Shown: positions 31,812 through 42,669, counted from the first letter of the stretch. The stretch is DNA of 64,000 nucleotides from an uncultured Acidobacteriota bacterium (GCA_963702425.1 CAVPCQ010000019.1:64001-128000); one strand, 5' to 3'. A program made the numbers and translations. The notes: generated by a model from the letters alone, not told the origin.

Positions 31812-32813
31812 ATGGCCGGCATCGGAGAGGTCATACACGGCGGTCCGGTGACCCGGGAGGACTTCGCCCGCATCCGCGAAACGCTGCTGTTCGAGGAGCC
31901 GGGCCGCAGCCGGAAGCTGGTGCGCTTTGCCTGCCTGATCGTCCTGGCGGCGGCGATCGCCACGTTCGGCCTGCTTGCGGACTCCGAGGCCACCGTGATC
32001 GGCGCGATGATCGTCGCTCCGCTGATGCTGCCGATCATGGGCCTGGCGTTCGGGACGAGCATCGCCGACCGCAGGGCGATGGCGAGCTCGATCACCGTGT
32101 CGCTCGGGGGCATCGCGGCCGCGATCGCCGTCGGGCTGGTGTTGTCGCTGCCGATCCGGTCGTTGCTCCACGTCGAAGCCAGCACGCAGATCATGGCGCG
32201 CACCTCCCCGCGGCTGATCGACCTGCTGGCGGCCCTGGCGACCGGCCTCGCCGGCGGCTTCGCGACCAGCCGGAAGGACGTCTCCGATACGCTGCCCGGG
32301 GTGGCCATCGCGATCTCGCTGGTCCCGCCGCTCACCAACGCCGGGATCCTGCTCGCGGCCGGTCGGGTCGAGTTGGCGCTCGGGAGCCTGCTGCTCTTCG
32401 TCACGAACTTCCTGGCGATCGTGCTGACCGGCACGCTGCTGTTCGCGGTCATGGGCTTCCCGCGCGCCGCCCTGAGCGAGGCGTCGCCGAAGGCGCGACG
32501 GAACGCGCTGGCCCTGGTCCTGACACTCGTGCTCGTCATTGCCGTGCCGCTAGGTTCGTCCAGCTACCGGGCGGTGACCGACTCGCTGGCCGAGCAGCGC
32601 GCCGCGAAGGCCGCGCGCGCCTGGATCCGGGGGAGCGACTACCGGCTCGTGTCGGCGCGAGGCGAGAGAACCTTCGTGCGCGTGACCGTCGCGGGGCAGG
32701 GGGACCTGCCGCCCCTCGACGACCTCCAGGCGGCGCTTCGCGGCCGGCTCTGCGGCAAGTCGCTTGCCGTCGACGCGGTAACGGAGTTCAGGAGGACCGT
32801 GCCCATCGAATAG
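31812..32813 (+). CDS. DUF389-family membrane protein
   Basis: DSEATVIGAMIVAPLM, ARTSPRLIDL and LPGVAIAISLVPPL; an alternative GTG start lies at 31767. Confidence 0.85.
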   Translation: MAGIGEVIHGGPVTREDFARIRETLLFEEPGRSRKLVRFACLIVLAAAIATFGLLADSEATVIGAMIVAPLMLPIMGLAFGTSIADRRAMASSITVSLGGIAAAIAVGLVLSLPIRSLLHVEASTQIMARTSPRLIDLLAALATGLAGGFATSRKDVSDTLPGVAIAISLVPPLTNAGILLAAGRVELALGSLLLFVTNFLAIVLTGTLLFAVMGFPRAALSEASPKARRNALALVLTLVLVIAVPLGSSSYRAVTDSLAEQRAAKAARAWIRGSDYRLVSARGERTFVRVTVAGQGDLPPLDDLQAALRGRLCGKSLAVDAVTEFRRTVPIE

Positions 32814-32871
32814 GCGAGACGGTGCGCTCGGAAACGCGGCCGCCGATCGCGCGGCGGCGGAAGCCCCCCCC

Positions 32872-34335
32872 TCATGCGTCATCCCGTGCCGGGAGCGCGT
32901 CCAGCCCCGCGCTGCGCGCCGAGTCCTCCATCCGCTGTACCAGCACCCGCTTCGCGTCGTCGCCGAGGCGCGAGGGGCGCCACGCCGCGACGAGCCGCTC
33001 GACCTCGCGCGTCGCGCGCGCCCGCAGCGGGAGCGCGCCCTCCTCGCGCCAGCGCGCCTCGGAGGCGCGGTCGATGACCGGCCCGGGGAACCGGATCTGG
33101 CTCGCGAGGTGCCGCCGCGTGTGCGCGGCGATCAGCAGGTGCTTCTCGCGCAGCAGCTCCTCGAGCAGCGGTCGCGCCGGGAAGTCGTCGCGCGGCTCGA
33201 TCCCCTGCACCAGCCGCAGCGCCATCCCGCAGGCCTCGTTGTCGACGACCAGCTTCTCCAGGCTCTGCGCGTTCTCGAGGTCGAGCATGCCGGGTCCCGA
33301 GACGGAGTTCACTCCGGAGAGCGCGGCCAGCACCGCGCCGGCGCCGGTCTCGAGCCCGGCCTGGGCGTCGAGCGCCTTGGCGTCGCTGAGCGCGATGTAG
33401 GCCTGGGTCGGCAAGCCGAGCTGGCGGCCGATCTCGTTCGCGCCGCAGGCCAGCATCATCGTCTCGATCGCACCCAGCGGGGCGGTCTCATAGCGGATGT
33501 CGAAGACCGCGGCCGAGCAGCCCCAGAGCAGCGGCGCGCCCGGCGCGGCGAGCTGTGCGATCACGACGCCGCTCAGGTTCTCGGCGGCGTGCTGCACGAG
33601 CGTGCCGACCAGCGTCACCGGGGCGAGGAATCCGGAGAAGGGGACCGCGACGACCTCGACCGGGATCCCGGCGCGCGCGCAGTCGACGAGGTTCGAGACG
33701 GTCGACTCGCTCCACTGCAGGGGCGAGGTCGGGCAGCAGGTGAAGAGCGCGAGCGGCCGCGCGCGCAGCGCCGCCTCGCTGCCGCGCGCGACGACGAGCA
33801 GGTCGCGCATCACCGCGAAGGCCTCGGCGGTGAAGGCCCCGGTCACGACCGGCTTCTCGCCGTAGAGCAGGGCGAGAAAGAGCCGGTAGCTGTCGGAGAT
33901 CGCGGCCGGAACGTCGGCCGGGATGAAGGCGGTGCTCTGCGCTGCGAGGTGCGGAAGCCCGGCGACGAGTTTCGCGTAGCGGACGTAGTCGGCGGTGACG
34001 GGCGCGCGCAGCTCGCCGGTGGCGCCGTCGAGGATCCGGATCGCGGCGGAACCCGGCGTGAAGTGGACGTTCCAGCCGGAGAAGTCGTGGGTCGGCTCGC
34101 CCGTCACGTCGAACAGACGGAAGGCGTGCGGCACGGTGGCCAGGGCGCAGTCGACGAGATCGCCCGGCAGACGGGCCCGGCGCGACGCGCGGTCGACCTC
34201 GGCGCCGTGGCCGGCGAGCAGATCGAGCACGCCGTCGTGGTGGATCTCGACGCCGAGGGTCGCGAGGACGTCCCGGGCCTCGGAGACGATCCGGTCGGCG
34301 AGGCGGTCGTCGAGCAGGCGGAGGGTCGGGCGCAT
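32872..34335 (-). CDS. Trimethylamine methyltransferase (MttB) superfamily protein, non-pyrrolysine
   Basis: SPLQW, APVTLVGTLVQHAAENLSG, SDAKALDAQAGLE and GMLD…SLEKLVVDNE; no in-frame TAG. Confidence 0.9.
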   Translation of the reverse strand: MRPTLRLLDDRLADRIVSEARDVLATLGVEIHHDGVLDLLAGHGAEVDRASRRARLPGDLVDCALATVPHAFRLFDVTGEPTHDFSGWNVHFTPGSAAIRILDGATGELRAPVTADYVRYAKLVAGLPHLAAQSTAFIPADVPAAISDSYRLFLALLYGEKPVVTGAFTAEAFAVMRDLLVVARGSEAALRARPLALFTCCPTSPLQWSESTVSNLVDCARAGIPVEVVAVPFSGFLAPVTLVGTLVQHAAENLSGVVIAQLAAPGAPLLWGCSAAVFDIRYETAPLGAIETMMLACGANEIGRQLGLPTQAYIALSDAKALDAQAGLETGAGAVLAALSGVNSVSGPGMLDLENAQSLEKLVVDNEACGMALRLVQGIEPRDDFPARPLLEELLREKHLLIAAHTRRHLASQIRFPGPVIDRASEARWREEGALPLRARATREVERLVAAWRPSRLGDDAKRVLVQRMEDSARSAGLDALPARDDA

Positions 34336-34388
34336 GGTGGAAGGATGCGCGAAGGGCGGGGGGGCGGTCCACGTCTCTGGCTGCCTAT

Positions 34389-34423
34389 CATGCCGTCATT
34401 TTTCGTGATAAAGTGACGGCATG
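34389..34423. promoter_or_regulatory. Inverted repeat CATGCCGTCA-N15-TGACGGCATG overlapping the ATG of the AAA/DUF4143 gene, in the divergent intergenic region
   Basis: 10-bp perfect arms at 34389-34398 and 34414-34423 around an AT-rich centre. Confidence 0.5.
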
Positions 34424-35584
34424 GTTGCCGCCCGCCTCTACCCCCGGCTGCTCCGTCCCCCCCGTGGCAGCTTCTTCCTCTTCGGCGTCCGCGGCGCGGG
34501 GAAGAGCACGTGGGCCGAACAGCACTTCCGCGCGGCGCGGCGCATCGACTTGCTCGACGAAGGCGTCCACCACGAGCTGCTCGGGGATCCCGCGCTCTTC
34601 GCAGCCCAGCTCCTGGACCTGCCCCGGGGGACCTGGGTGCTCGTCGACGAAGTCCAGCGCATTCCCAGCCTGCTCAACGAGGTCCACCGGCTGATCGAGC
34701 AGCGCGGTCTGCGCTTCGCCCTGCTCGGGTCGAGCGCGCGCAAGCTGAAGGCGGCCGGGACCAACCTGCTGGCCGGGCGCGCGACCTGGAAGACGATCTT
34801 CCCGTTCACGCCGGAGGAGCTGGGCGGCGACTTCTCCCTCGAAGCGGTCCTCACGCGCGGGAGCATCCCGCTGGTCTGGAGCGCGGAGGACCCGCGCCGG
34901 GCTCTCGAGGCCTATGTGCAACTCTACCTGCGGGAGGAGATCCGCGCCGAGGCGCTGGTGCGCAACCTCCCCGGGTTCGTGCGCTTCCTGCCGATCGCCG
35001 CGCTCTTCCACGGGCAGGTCGTGAACGTCTCCGGCATCGCACGCGACGCCGGGACGGCGCGGACGACCGTGGTCGGCTACCTCGACATCCTCGAGGACAC
35101 CCTGCTCGCCACGCGGCTGCCGGCCTACGAGGCGCGCCTGAGAGTGCGCGAGCGAAAACACCCGAAGCTCTACTGGGTCGATCCCGGGCTCGTGCGCGCT
35201 GCCAAGCGGCAGCTCGGTCCGCTGGCGATCGAGGAGCGAGGCGCGCTGCTGAAAGGATGGCTCTTCACCCTGCTCCGGACCTATGCCGAGGAGCGGGAGC
35301 TGTACGACGAGATCTTCTACTGGTCGCCGCCCTCCGCATCCGCGACGGAGGTCGACTTCCTGCTTCGCCGGGGACGTGAGTTTCTCGCGCTCGAGGTCAA
35401 GTCCTCGGCGCGCGCAGTGCCCGAGCTGACGAAGGGGCTGCGCGCGATCTCCGACCTGCCGCGCCTCGTGCGCCGGATCGCCGTCTACGCGGGGCCGCGC
35501 TCGCTGACGACGCCGGAGGGAATCGAGGTCTGGCCGGTCCGCCGCTTCCTGGAAGAACTCGCCGGGGGCACGCTCTGGCCCTGA
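34421..35584 (+). CDS. ATP-binding protein (AAA_14 plus DUF4143)
   Basis: GVRGAGKST, VDEVQ, GSSARKLK, LAGRA, HPKLYWVDPG, EVDF and EVK. Confidence 0.9.
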   Translation: MVAARLYPRLLRPPRGSFFLFGVRGAGKSTWAEQHFRAARRIDLLDEGVHHELLGDPALFAAQLLDLPRGTWVLVDEVQRIPSLLNEVHRLIEQRGLRFALLGSSARKLKAAGTNLLAGRATWKTIFPFTPEELGGDFSLEAVLTRGSIPLVWSAEDPRRALEAYVQLYLREEIRAEALVRNLPGFVRFLPIAALFHGQVVNVSGIARDAGTARTTVVGYLDILEDTLLATRLPAYEARLRVRERKHPKLYWVDPGLVRAAKRQLGPLAIEERGALLKGWLFTLLRTYAEERELYDEIFYWSPPSASATEVDFLLRRGREFLALEVKSSARAVPELTKGLRAISDLPRLVRRIAVYAGPRSLTTPEGIEVWPVRRFLEELAGGTLWP

Positions 35585-35641
35585 GGCGGGCGCTGACCCG
35601 GCTTGCTGTCGCAGCCGCCTTCCGAAATTCCGAGCCGATCG

Positions 35642-37832
35642 CTACGGGCAGGTCGCCGGCGCCGCCGCGATCCCCGCGTCGCGCGACCCGAGCTGCGAGG
35701 GGCTGCCGGAGTCGTAGCTCCCGCCCTCGCAGCCGCTCGCGCGCACCACGTAGAAGAACCCCGACGCCGGGGCCGGGACCGCAGTGTCGTCGATTGCGCT
35801 CGCAGCGATGTTGTTCGCGAGGCAGGCGTCCACCGCGGCGGCGAAGTTCCCGCGCGTGGCGACGAGCGTGGTCAGCGCTCCGCGAACGACGTCGAACGAG
35901 GTGCCGCGCGCCGCGGCGGCCCAGGCCAGGCGCGCGACCCTGCCGGGCAGCGGGGCCAGGCGGAGATCCGCAACGAGCCCCGGCCGGCAGCCCACGGAGA
36001 AGCCGGAGATCTGGTAGTTGTCGATGCGCGTCGGCGCGGGGTCGGCCGGCGACGGATTCGAGTAGATCCCCGCGGCGATCACCTTCGACAGCTCGGCCGC
36101 GCTGAGCGATCGCGACGCGGCCGGGTTCGGGACCAGCCGCGCGTCCGCGACGGCGCCGGGATCGACCGCCAACGGCACGAAGGTCATCGTGGGACCGATC
36201 GGTCCGGTGCCCAGCATGCCGTGGGTCACCGCCTGCGTGGTGTTGCCCGCCAGCGCCTGTCCGTGGACGAACCACTGCCCGGTCGAGAGCTGGAAAGCGA
36301 ACTGCAGCGCGGGACCGGCGCTGGCCGCATCCCCGTTCGCGTAGTCGACGGACACCGACGCGCCGTTGAGGTCGATGCTGGACGCGTTGTTCGAGGCCAG
36401 GAACTCGTTGGTGAAGAGCAGCGCGTCGCCTCGCCCCTGCGCCGTGGGGTCCGCCGCGAGGAAGTCGTTCTCCAGGAACAGGTGCCCGGACCCGAACTGC
36501 GAGCCGGCATCGTCCTGCGAAGTCAGCTTGGCGGCATTCACGCCGTCGTTCAGCGCGAACTCGGCGGAAGGCCCGCTGGGGTTCACGGTGCCGGCGAGGA
36601 AGCCCCAGCCCGTCGCGAGTGTCGAGGCGTCGTCGGCCTGCCCGTCGAACGTCTCGGTGAAGCTCCTCGGCACGACGGTGGGCGTGTAGGCCTCGGCCCG
36701 CGCGGTGAAGAGCCCCGATGCGCCGTCGACGCCGCCCGCCACCAGCACCTGCCCGTTGGAGAGAACCGTCGCCGAGTGCGACTCGCGCGCGACCGCCATG
36801 GAGCCCGTGCGCGACCACGCACCCGACTGCGGGTCGAAGATCTCGCAGCGCGGGATGTCGACGAACGAGTGCAGCTGGACCTGCTCGCCGCCGATGGCCA
36901 GCGCGCGGCCGTCCTCGAGGGCGACCAGGGGGAAGTACATCCGCGCGTCGAACATGTCGGGAACCGGGGTCCAGGTCGCCGTCGCGGGGTCGCCGACGTC
37001 GCTGGCGCCGTTGATCGCGCCCCACGTGTCCATGCCCCCGGCTGCCAGGACCTGCCCGGAGGAGAGGGTCGCCGCCGCGTGGCTGGAGCGGCCGACCGTC
37101 ATCAGGCCGCCGTCGGTCCACTGGTTGGTCCGGGGATCGAAGATCTCGGTGGTGTCCCAGCCGACCGCGTCGCCGCCGACCGCCATCACGCGTCCGTCGG
37201 GGAGGAGCGCCGCGGCGTGGGAGGCTCGCGCCTGGAGCATCGGTCCCGTGACCGACCACGCGCCGGTCGCGGGATCGTAGATTTCTCCGTTCGGGGCCGC
37301 CGCGGCGCAGCCCGCGGCGTTACACCCTCCGACCACGAGGACGCGCCCGTCCTTCAGCAGCGTCGCGGTGAAGTAGTAGCGCGGCGACGCCATGCTCGCC
37401 GCGGGGGACCAGAGCTTCGTTGCAGGGTTCCAGAGCTCGGCCGTCGCCGTGGGGCCCGCAACATCGGCGATCCCCTCCCATGACGAGGACGCGGCCGTCG
37501 CGGAGCGTGACCGCCTGGTGGTAAGCGCGCGCCCGGCTCATCGAACCGGCCGGGGTCCACGTGCCGGTCGCGGCGTCGTACAGCTCCGCCTCGGCGAGGT
37601 AGACCGTCTTGTTGCCGTGCGGCACGGGTACGATGCTGAGGCCCCCGATGGCCAGCGCCCGGTTTCCCGGCAGCGCGGCCAGCGGGAACTCGTTACGGGG
37701 CTTGAGCATCGCGCCGGTCTCGGACCAGGTGCCGGGGGCACCGGCGAGGCACACCGGGGCGAGCAGCGCCGCGACGAGGAACGCGACGGAGATCCTTGCG
37801 CCGGATCCGGTCCAACTGCGGCGAGCGGCCAT
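35642..37832 (-). CDS. Secreted Kelch-repeat (galactose-oxidase-like propeller) protein with a Cys-containing C-terminal domain; 1-bp frameshift at ~37472-37475
   Basis: ORFs 37320..37874 and 35642..37393 join when one G is removed (…MGGIADVAGPTATAELWNP…); repeated R.xH.A.xL.DGRVLV.GG…E.YDP…W motifs; GGAGGAG RBS. Confidence 0.8.
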
Positions 37833-37949
37833 GATCGACTCCTCCGTCGAATGTTGGACCGCCGCCTGTCGCATGGGGGGGGAAGAGGGCGACAGGCGGC
37901 GGTCTTGGTGCAGTTCCTCGGTCCTCTGAGGGGGGTGTCAGTCTTCTAC

Positions 37950-37965
37950 TGCAACATGAATGCCA
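37950..37965 (-). promoter_or_regulatory. sigma54 (-24/-12) promoter of the Kelch gene
   Basis: TGGCATTCATGTTGCA (GG-N10-GC), ~120 bp upstream of the ATG and next to an NtrC-type activator gene. Confidence 0.75.
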
Positions 37966-38094
37966 TCGCATCGATAGGGACGAGCCGCGGAAACGGCGCC
38001 TGCGAGCGGGTCCGGGCCACCGCGTGGTCCCGCCGGCGTATGAAAACCCCGACGAGGCCCCGGCCGATGCTCTAAAATTCGGACAGACGTCGTC

Positions 38095-39498
38095 TCAGGA
38101 ACGACCGCCGACTTCGAGCCCCAGCCTCTTGATCTTGTAGGCGATGTCGCTGCGCGAAAGGCCGAGCTGCCGGGCGGCCTCGGCCTGGACGCCGCCAGCC
38201 ACGCGCAGCGCGCGTCCGACCAGTTGCTTCTCGATCGACTCCAGGGTGGCGCGGATGTCGATCGGGGCCGGGAATGCCGCGTCCCAGTCCACGGACGCCG
38301 GCCCGGCCGACGCCGCAGCCGTCGCCGCCCCGCGGACGGCCACCGGTCCGATGTCCTCGAGCCCGATCTCCTCTCCCGTCGCGAGGATCAGCGCCCGCTC
38401 GACGATGTTGCGCAGCTCGCGGATGTTCCCGGGGAACGCATACCCCGAGAGGGCGTGGAGCGCCGCAGGAGCGACGCGGCGCGGGGCGGCGCTCATCGCG
38501 TGCGAGAACTGGCGGATGAAGTGCTCGACGAGTTCCGGCAGGTCCTCGATGTGTTCGCGCAGCGGCGGGACGGGGAGCGGCACGACCGCCAGCCGGTAGT
38601 ACAGGTCCTCGCGAAAGGCCCCCGCGGCGATGCGGGCCGCGAGGTCGCGGTGGGTCGCCGAGAGGATCCGGACGTCGACCTTGACCGGCTTGTGCGCACC
38701 CAGGCGCAGGACCTGCCCGTCGGTCAGCACGCGGAGCAGCTTGGCCTGCAACGCGAGCGGCATCTCGCCCGCTTCGTCGAGGAACAGCGTTCCGTGGTGG
38801 GCCGCCTCGAAGAGGCCCTGGCGGCTCCGGTCGGCCCCCGTGAACGCGCCCTTCTCGTGGCCGAACAGCTCGCTCTCGAGCAGGCTCTCGGGAAAGGCGG
38901 CACAGTTGATGGCGACGAAGGGGCCGGCGCGGCGCGCGCTCCCGTCATGAATCGCGCGGGCGACCAGCTCCTTCCCGGTTCCGGTCTCGCCGGTGATCAG
39001 GACGGTTGCCCCGGTCGGGGCCACGCGCGCGATCCGTTCCCGCACGGCCCCGATCGCTGCGCTCGTGCCCAGGATCTCGCCGGCGGAGCCCAGGCGCCGC
39101 ACCTCGTGGTGCAGCCGATCGTTCTCGCGGACCAGGTGCGCCCGCTCGGCGGCGCGGCGGACGACGGCCTTCACGACTTCCGGCATGAAGGGCTTGGTGA
39201 TGAAGTCGAACGCGCCGCGCCGCATCGCCTCGACCGCCAGGTCCACCGTGGCGAACGCGGTCAGGACCACCACGGGCAGCGCGGGATCGGCGTCATGGCA
39301 GGCGTCGAGGACCGCGAGGCCGTCCCCGTCGGACAGCCGGTAGTCGGTCAGGACGATGTCGAACGCGGCGGAGCCGACGATCTGGAGCGCCTGCGCGACC
39401 CCCTCGGCCTCGGTGACCTCGTGCCGCTCCTGGGCGAGGATCATCGCCAAGATCTGCCGCATGTGGATTTCGTCGTCGACCACCAGGATCCGCGCCAT
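38095..39498 (-). CDS. sigma54-dependent NtrC-family response regulator
   Basis: Receiver ILVVDDE; [14 protein letters not shown] and FLDE; Fis-type HTH; GGAGGAG RBS. Confidence 0.95.
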   Translation of the reverse strand: MARILVVDDEIHMRQILAMILAQERHEVTEAEGVAQALQIVGSAAFDIVLTDYRLSDGDGLAVLDACHDADPALPVVVLTAFATVDLAVEAMRRGAFDFITKPFMPEVVKAVVRRAAERAHLVRENDRLHHEVRRLGSAGEILGTSAAIGAVRERIARVAPTGATVLITGETGTGKELVARAIHDGSARRAGPFVAINCAAFPESLLESELFGHEKGAFTGADRSRQGLFEAAHHGTLFLDEAGEMPLALQAKLLRVLTDGQVLRLGAHKPVKVDVRILSATHRDLAARIAAGAFREDLYYRLAVVPLPVPPLREHIEDLPELVEHFIRQFSHAMSAAPRRVAPAALHALSGYAFPGNIRELRNIVERALILATGEEIGLEDIGPVAVRGAATAAASAGPASVDWDAAFPAPIDIRATLESIEKQLVGRALRVAGGVQAEAARQLGLSRSDIAYKIKRLGLEVGGRS

Positions 39499-39527
39499 TC
39501 GCGCTCCTCCGAGGGACGCCCGGGATC

Positions 39528-40829
39528 TCAGTCCGCGGGGACCCAGAAGGTGAACTGCACGCCGTCCGCCTCGTTCCGTGACAGGGTGAGGTCGCCTCCG
39601 TGCGCACGCGCGATGTTGCGCGAGATCGCGAGCCCGAGGCCTGTGCCGGTCCGCTTGGTCGTGAAGAACGGCTCGAAAATCCGGTCCGACGCGCTCTCCG
39701 CGATGGGCGTGCCGCTGTTGAGCACCGTCAGTGCCACGCGCCGGGAGGCGACTCCCTGCGGTTCCTCGCGTGCTCCGAGGACCACGCGTCCGCCGCTTCC
39801 CGTCGCCTCGATCGCGTTGAGCACGAGGTTGAGCAGCGCCTGCTGCAGCTGAAAGAGGTCGAGGCCCGCGGAGAGACCGGCCGGACACTGGACCTCGAGC
39901 GTCACTCCCAGCTCCGCGGCCCGCGCGCGCGCGATTCCGGCGACGTACGCGAGGAGCGGCTCGATCGCACAGACCTGCCTGTCCGGCGGCCGGGCGCGGG
40001 CGTAGGCCAGGAAGTCGTCCGTCAGCTTCTCGAGCCGCGCCGCCTCGGCCCCGGCGATCGCGAACAGCTTCTCGCGGTCGGCCTCGCCCAGCTCTCCGCG
40101 CTGGGCCGCCGCGACCGAGCTGGCGATCATCCCGACGGGATTGCGGATCTCGTGCGCGATCGAGCTGGACAGTCGGCCGACGGCGGCGAGCTTCTCCTCG
40201 GCGATCAGCCGGTCGCGCGTCCGGTGCAGCTCCTCCATGCTCGCCGTGAGCTTCAGCTCCTCGCGGTGCAACTGGCCGGCGAGGAACCAGACCACCAGCC
40301 CGACGAGGACGAAGATCAGCGCGATCGTGGCGGCCTCGAAGTACTCACCCGGCATGATCGGGCCCTGCGCGAGGTCGAAGTCCCACGGCTGGTAGACCAC
40401 CAGCGCGGAGACGACCAGCAGAACGCCGATCAGGCCGGTCAGCGAGAAGCGGAACCCGGCCGCGATCACCGCCGGGATCATCAGGATCGGGTACGGACTG
40501 TCCACGGTCTGGCGCAGCGAAGATGCGAGCTGGGCGAACGCGATCGTGACCCACACCGAGGCGATCGAGTAGAAGCGCATCGCGCGCGGGCCGAGCGGCC
40601 GGCGCAGGGAGCGAAGCCAGACCAGCGCCGCCCCCTCGAGCAGGAAGAAGCACCCCAGGACGATCAGCACGCGGCGCGAAGGGAAGCCGAGCACCGGCTC
40701 GAACAGGACGTGGACCCCGACGAGCGCCGCCACCGCCGAGAGCGTGAGCAGGGCGAGCACCGACTCCTGCCGCTTGAAGCGCTGGAACGCGGAGCTGTCG
40801 GTCACGCGGGGGGGCTCCGTGGGGGACAC
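39528..40829 (-). CDS. Membrane sensor histidine kinase
   Basis: N-terminal TM helices; [22 protein letters not shown] and GTGLGL. Confidence 0.93.
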   Translation of the reverse strand: MSPTEPPRVTDSSAFQRFKRQESVLALLTLSAVAALVGVHVLFEPVLGFPSRRVLIVLGCFFLLEGAALVWLRSLRRPLGPRAMRFYSIASVWVTIAFAQLASSLRQTVDSPYPILMIPAVIAAGFRFSLTGLIGVLLVVSALVVYQPWDFDLAQGPIMPGEYFEAATIALIFVLVGLVVWFLAGQLHREELKLTASMEELHRTRDRLIAEEKLAAVGRLSSSIAHEIRNPVGMIASSVAAAQRGELGEADREKLFAIAGAEAARLEKLTDDFLAYARARPPDRQVCAIEPLLAYVAGIARARAAELGVTLEVQCPAGLSAGLDLFQLQQALLNLVLNAIEATGSGGRVVLGAREEPQGVASRRVALTVLNSGTPIAESASDRIFEPFFTTKRTGTGLGLAISRNIARAHGGDLTLSRNEADGVQFTFWVPAD

Positions 40830-41078
40830 CGATCGGCCGCCGGGCGCGGCCTCCCGGCCGCGCTCCCGGAGAGGGACCGGATCTTGTCACGGAAGCCGGC
40901 CGGTCGCGACGCGGCGGGCGCCGGGATCGTGCGGCACGGGGGTCGCATTCCGACCGGGACCGTGCGAGCGGCCCTGGGGATCGCCAACGGCTCGACGATC
41001 CTCGGCAGCGACACCGGTGCCGTTGGCGCCGATTAAGACTGCGTAGTCGCGCTCGCCCGTCAGGAGTAGTCTCGGTCC

Positions 41079-42014
41079 GTGCGAGCGGAACAGGCGGTCG
41101 CGAGGATGCTGGTCGTGACCCTCCTGGCGGCGTTTTCGCCGGGTCTGGGTGCATACGCCGGGCCGTTCGACCCGAAGGCAGCCGCACCGGTCGACGCGAA
41201 GCCGGCCGCCCCGGCTGAGCCCCGCCCGTACTGGCGACAGAACCTCTTCCGCAGGATCTGGTTCGACCAGCGCCCCCTCCTTCTCGACTGGTGGCCCGCG
41301 GAGTTCGCGCGGCCCAACTTCTCCGTCCCGCTCGGCTTCACGACCCTCGTCGCGCTGACCTCGGACTGGGGCGACACCGGCGGGATCGACGTCACGATCG
41401 AGCGCACCATCCACGGTCAGTGCGGGACCCGCTGCACGAGCGCGAGCAACGCGCTGACGACCCTTGGCAACTGGCCGGTGCTCGCCGCGGGGATGGGGAT
41501 CGCGTGGTGGGCCGGAGCGCGCGCGGGCAACGAGCGCCTCGCCGAAGCGTCGAGCCTCGGTCTCGAAGCGCTGGCGACGACGGGCCTCTGGAACGAGGCG
41601 CTCAAGCAGCTCACGGCGCGCGCCCGTCCGCCCGGCGGGTCGCTCGGCGCCTTCTGGAACTACGGCGGGGCGCCGCCCGGGCAGGAGCTCGGCTCGTTCC
41701 CATCCGGCCACGCCCAGACCGCCTTCACCGTCGCGGCGGTCTACGCGACGGTCTATCGCGACCGGCCGTGGGTCGCGTGGCTGGCGTACGGCACGGCGTC
41801 GATGATCTCGCTCTCGCGGGTCTCGCTGGGTCGGCACTTCCCGACCGACGTCATCGTCGGCGGGATGCTCGGCGCGAGCGTCGGACGCTTCACCGTCGCC
41901 CGGGCCCACGGCGACCCGCACGCCGGCCGGGCGCTGCGCGGGATGCAGGGCTGGCAGCCGTCCATCGATCTCGGGCGCGGGACCTACGCGGTCTACTACG
42001 GGCGGACTTGGTAG
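41079..42014 (+). CDS. PAP2-family phosphatase
   Basis: KQLTARARP, SFPSGHA and SRVSLGRHFPTDV; AGGAG RBS. Confidence 0.88.
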   Translation: MRAEQAVARMLVVTLLAAFSPGLGAYAGPFDPKAAAPVDAKPAAPAEPRPYWRQNLFRRIWFDQRPLLLDWWPAEFARPNFSVPLGFTTLVALTSDWGDTGGIDVTIERTIHGQCGTRCTSASNALTTLGNWPVLAAGMGIAWWAGARAGNERLAEASSLGLEALATTGLWNEALKQLTARARPPGGSLGAFWNYGGAPPGQELGSFPSGHAQTAFTVAAVYATVYRDRPWVAWLAYGTASMISLSRVSLGRHFPTDVIVGGMLGASVGRFTVARAHGDPHAGRALRGMQGWQPSIDLGRGTYAVYYGRTW

Positions 42015-42368
42015 ACCGAGAGCCGCGCGGCCGGCTCGCGCCGAGCGCGGCTTCGGGCGTCCCCGAGGCGGTGCCGGACGGAGCATGCTTCGGGCAGCGG
42101 CGTGCCGCGGGGGGCCCTCCCCGGAGGGGCGACGCGAACCCGTCCCCGCGAAGCAGAGCGAACCAGTCGGGACGAAGCGGGCAGAGCAAGCCCGAAGAAA
42201 ATGAACAAAAAAGGATAAATAAAGACACTTACGGTTAATCGTGATCAACTCCTCTTGAGAACCCTGGACCCGCGTCGCAGGTTTCCACTTGCACATCGGT
42301 CCAAAGCCCCGTATCAATCTGTGGAAAGCCGCACCAGTACTGTTGATTACGGCGGCATAAGAGTTCGG

Positions 42369-42414
42369 TCAGGACGCGGCTGGCGTCTCACTTACGAGAC
42401 CGAGCCGAACCTGA
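42369..42414 (+). other. Three-stem hairpin in the 5' leader of the putative precursor gene
   Basis: Nested pairings tcagg/cctga, cggct/agccg and gtctc/gagac, ending ~10 nt before the GGGAGGA RBS. Confidence 0.35.
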
Positions 42415-42438
42415 GCGGGCTTCGGGAGGATCAAGACC

Positions 42439-42627
42439 ATGAGCGCCCCATCTCGGCTTCCTCGTCGCCCCTATCGTCGGCCGAGCGTGAAGACGCTTGA
42501 CACCCGGGCGCTTCTGGAGGCCCTCGGCCCTGCCCACTGCGACTACGGCCCCAGCCCCGAGAATCCCACCGGGGGTGGCCACGGCCACGGCAACGGCCAC
42601 GGCCACGGCCCCGGCCACGGTCACTAG
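42439..42627 (+). CDS. Putative RiPP precursor peptide (62 aa) with a YxxPxV leader motif and a Gly-His repeat tail
   Basis: Strong GGGAGGA RBS; PYRRPSVKTL; tail encoded by eight GGCCAC-like hexamers at 42577-42624; lies directly upstream of kinase and PqqD genes. Confidence 0.72.
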   Translation: MSAPSRLPRRPYRRPSVKTLDTRALLEALGPAHCDYGPSPENPTGGGHGHGNGHGHGPGHGH

Positions 42628-42669
42628 GTCCCGCCGCACTCGGGGCCAGCCGCCCCGGCAGTGAGTTGA

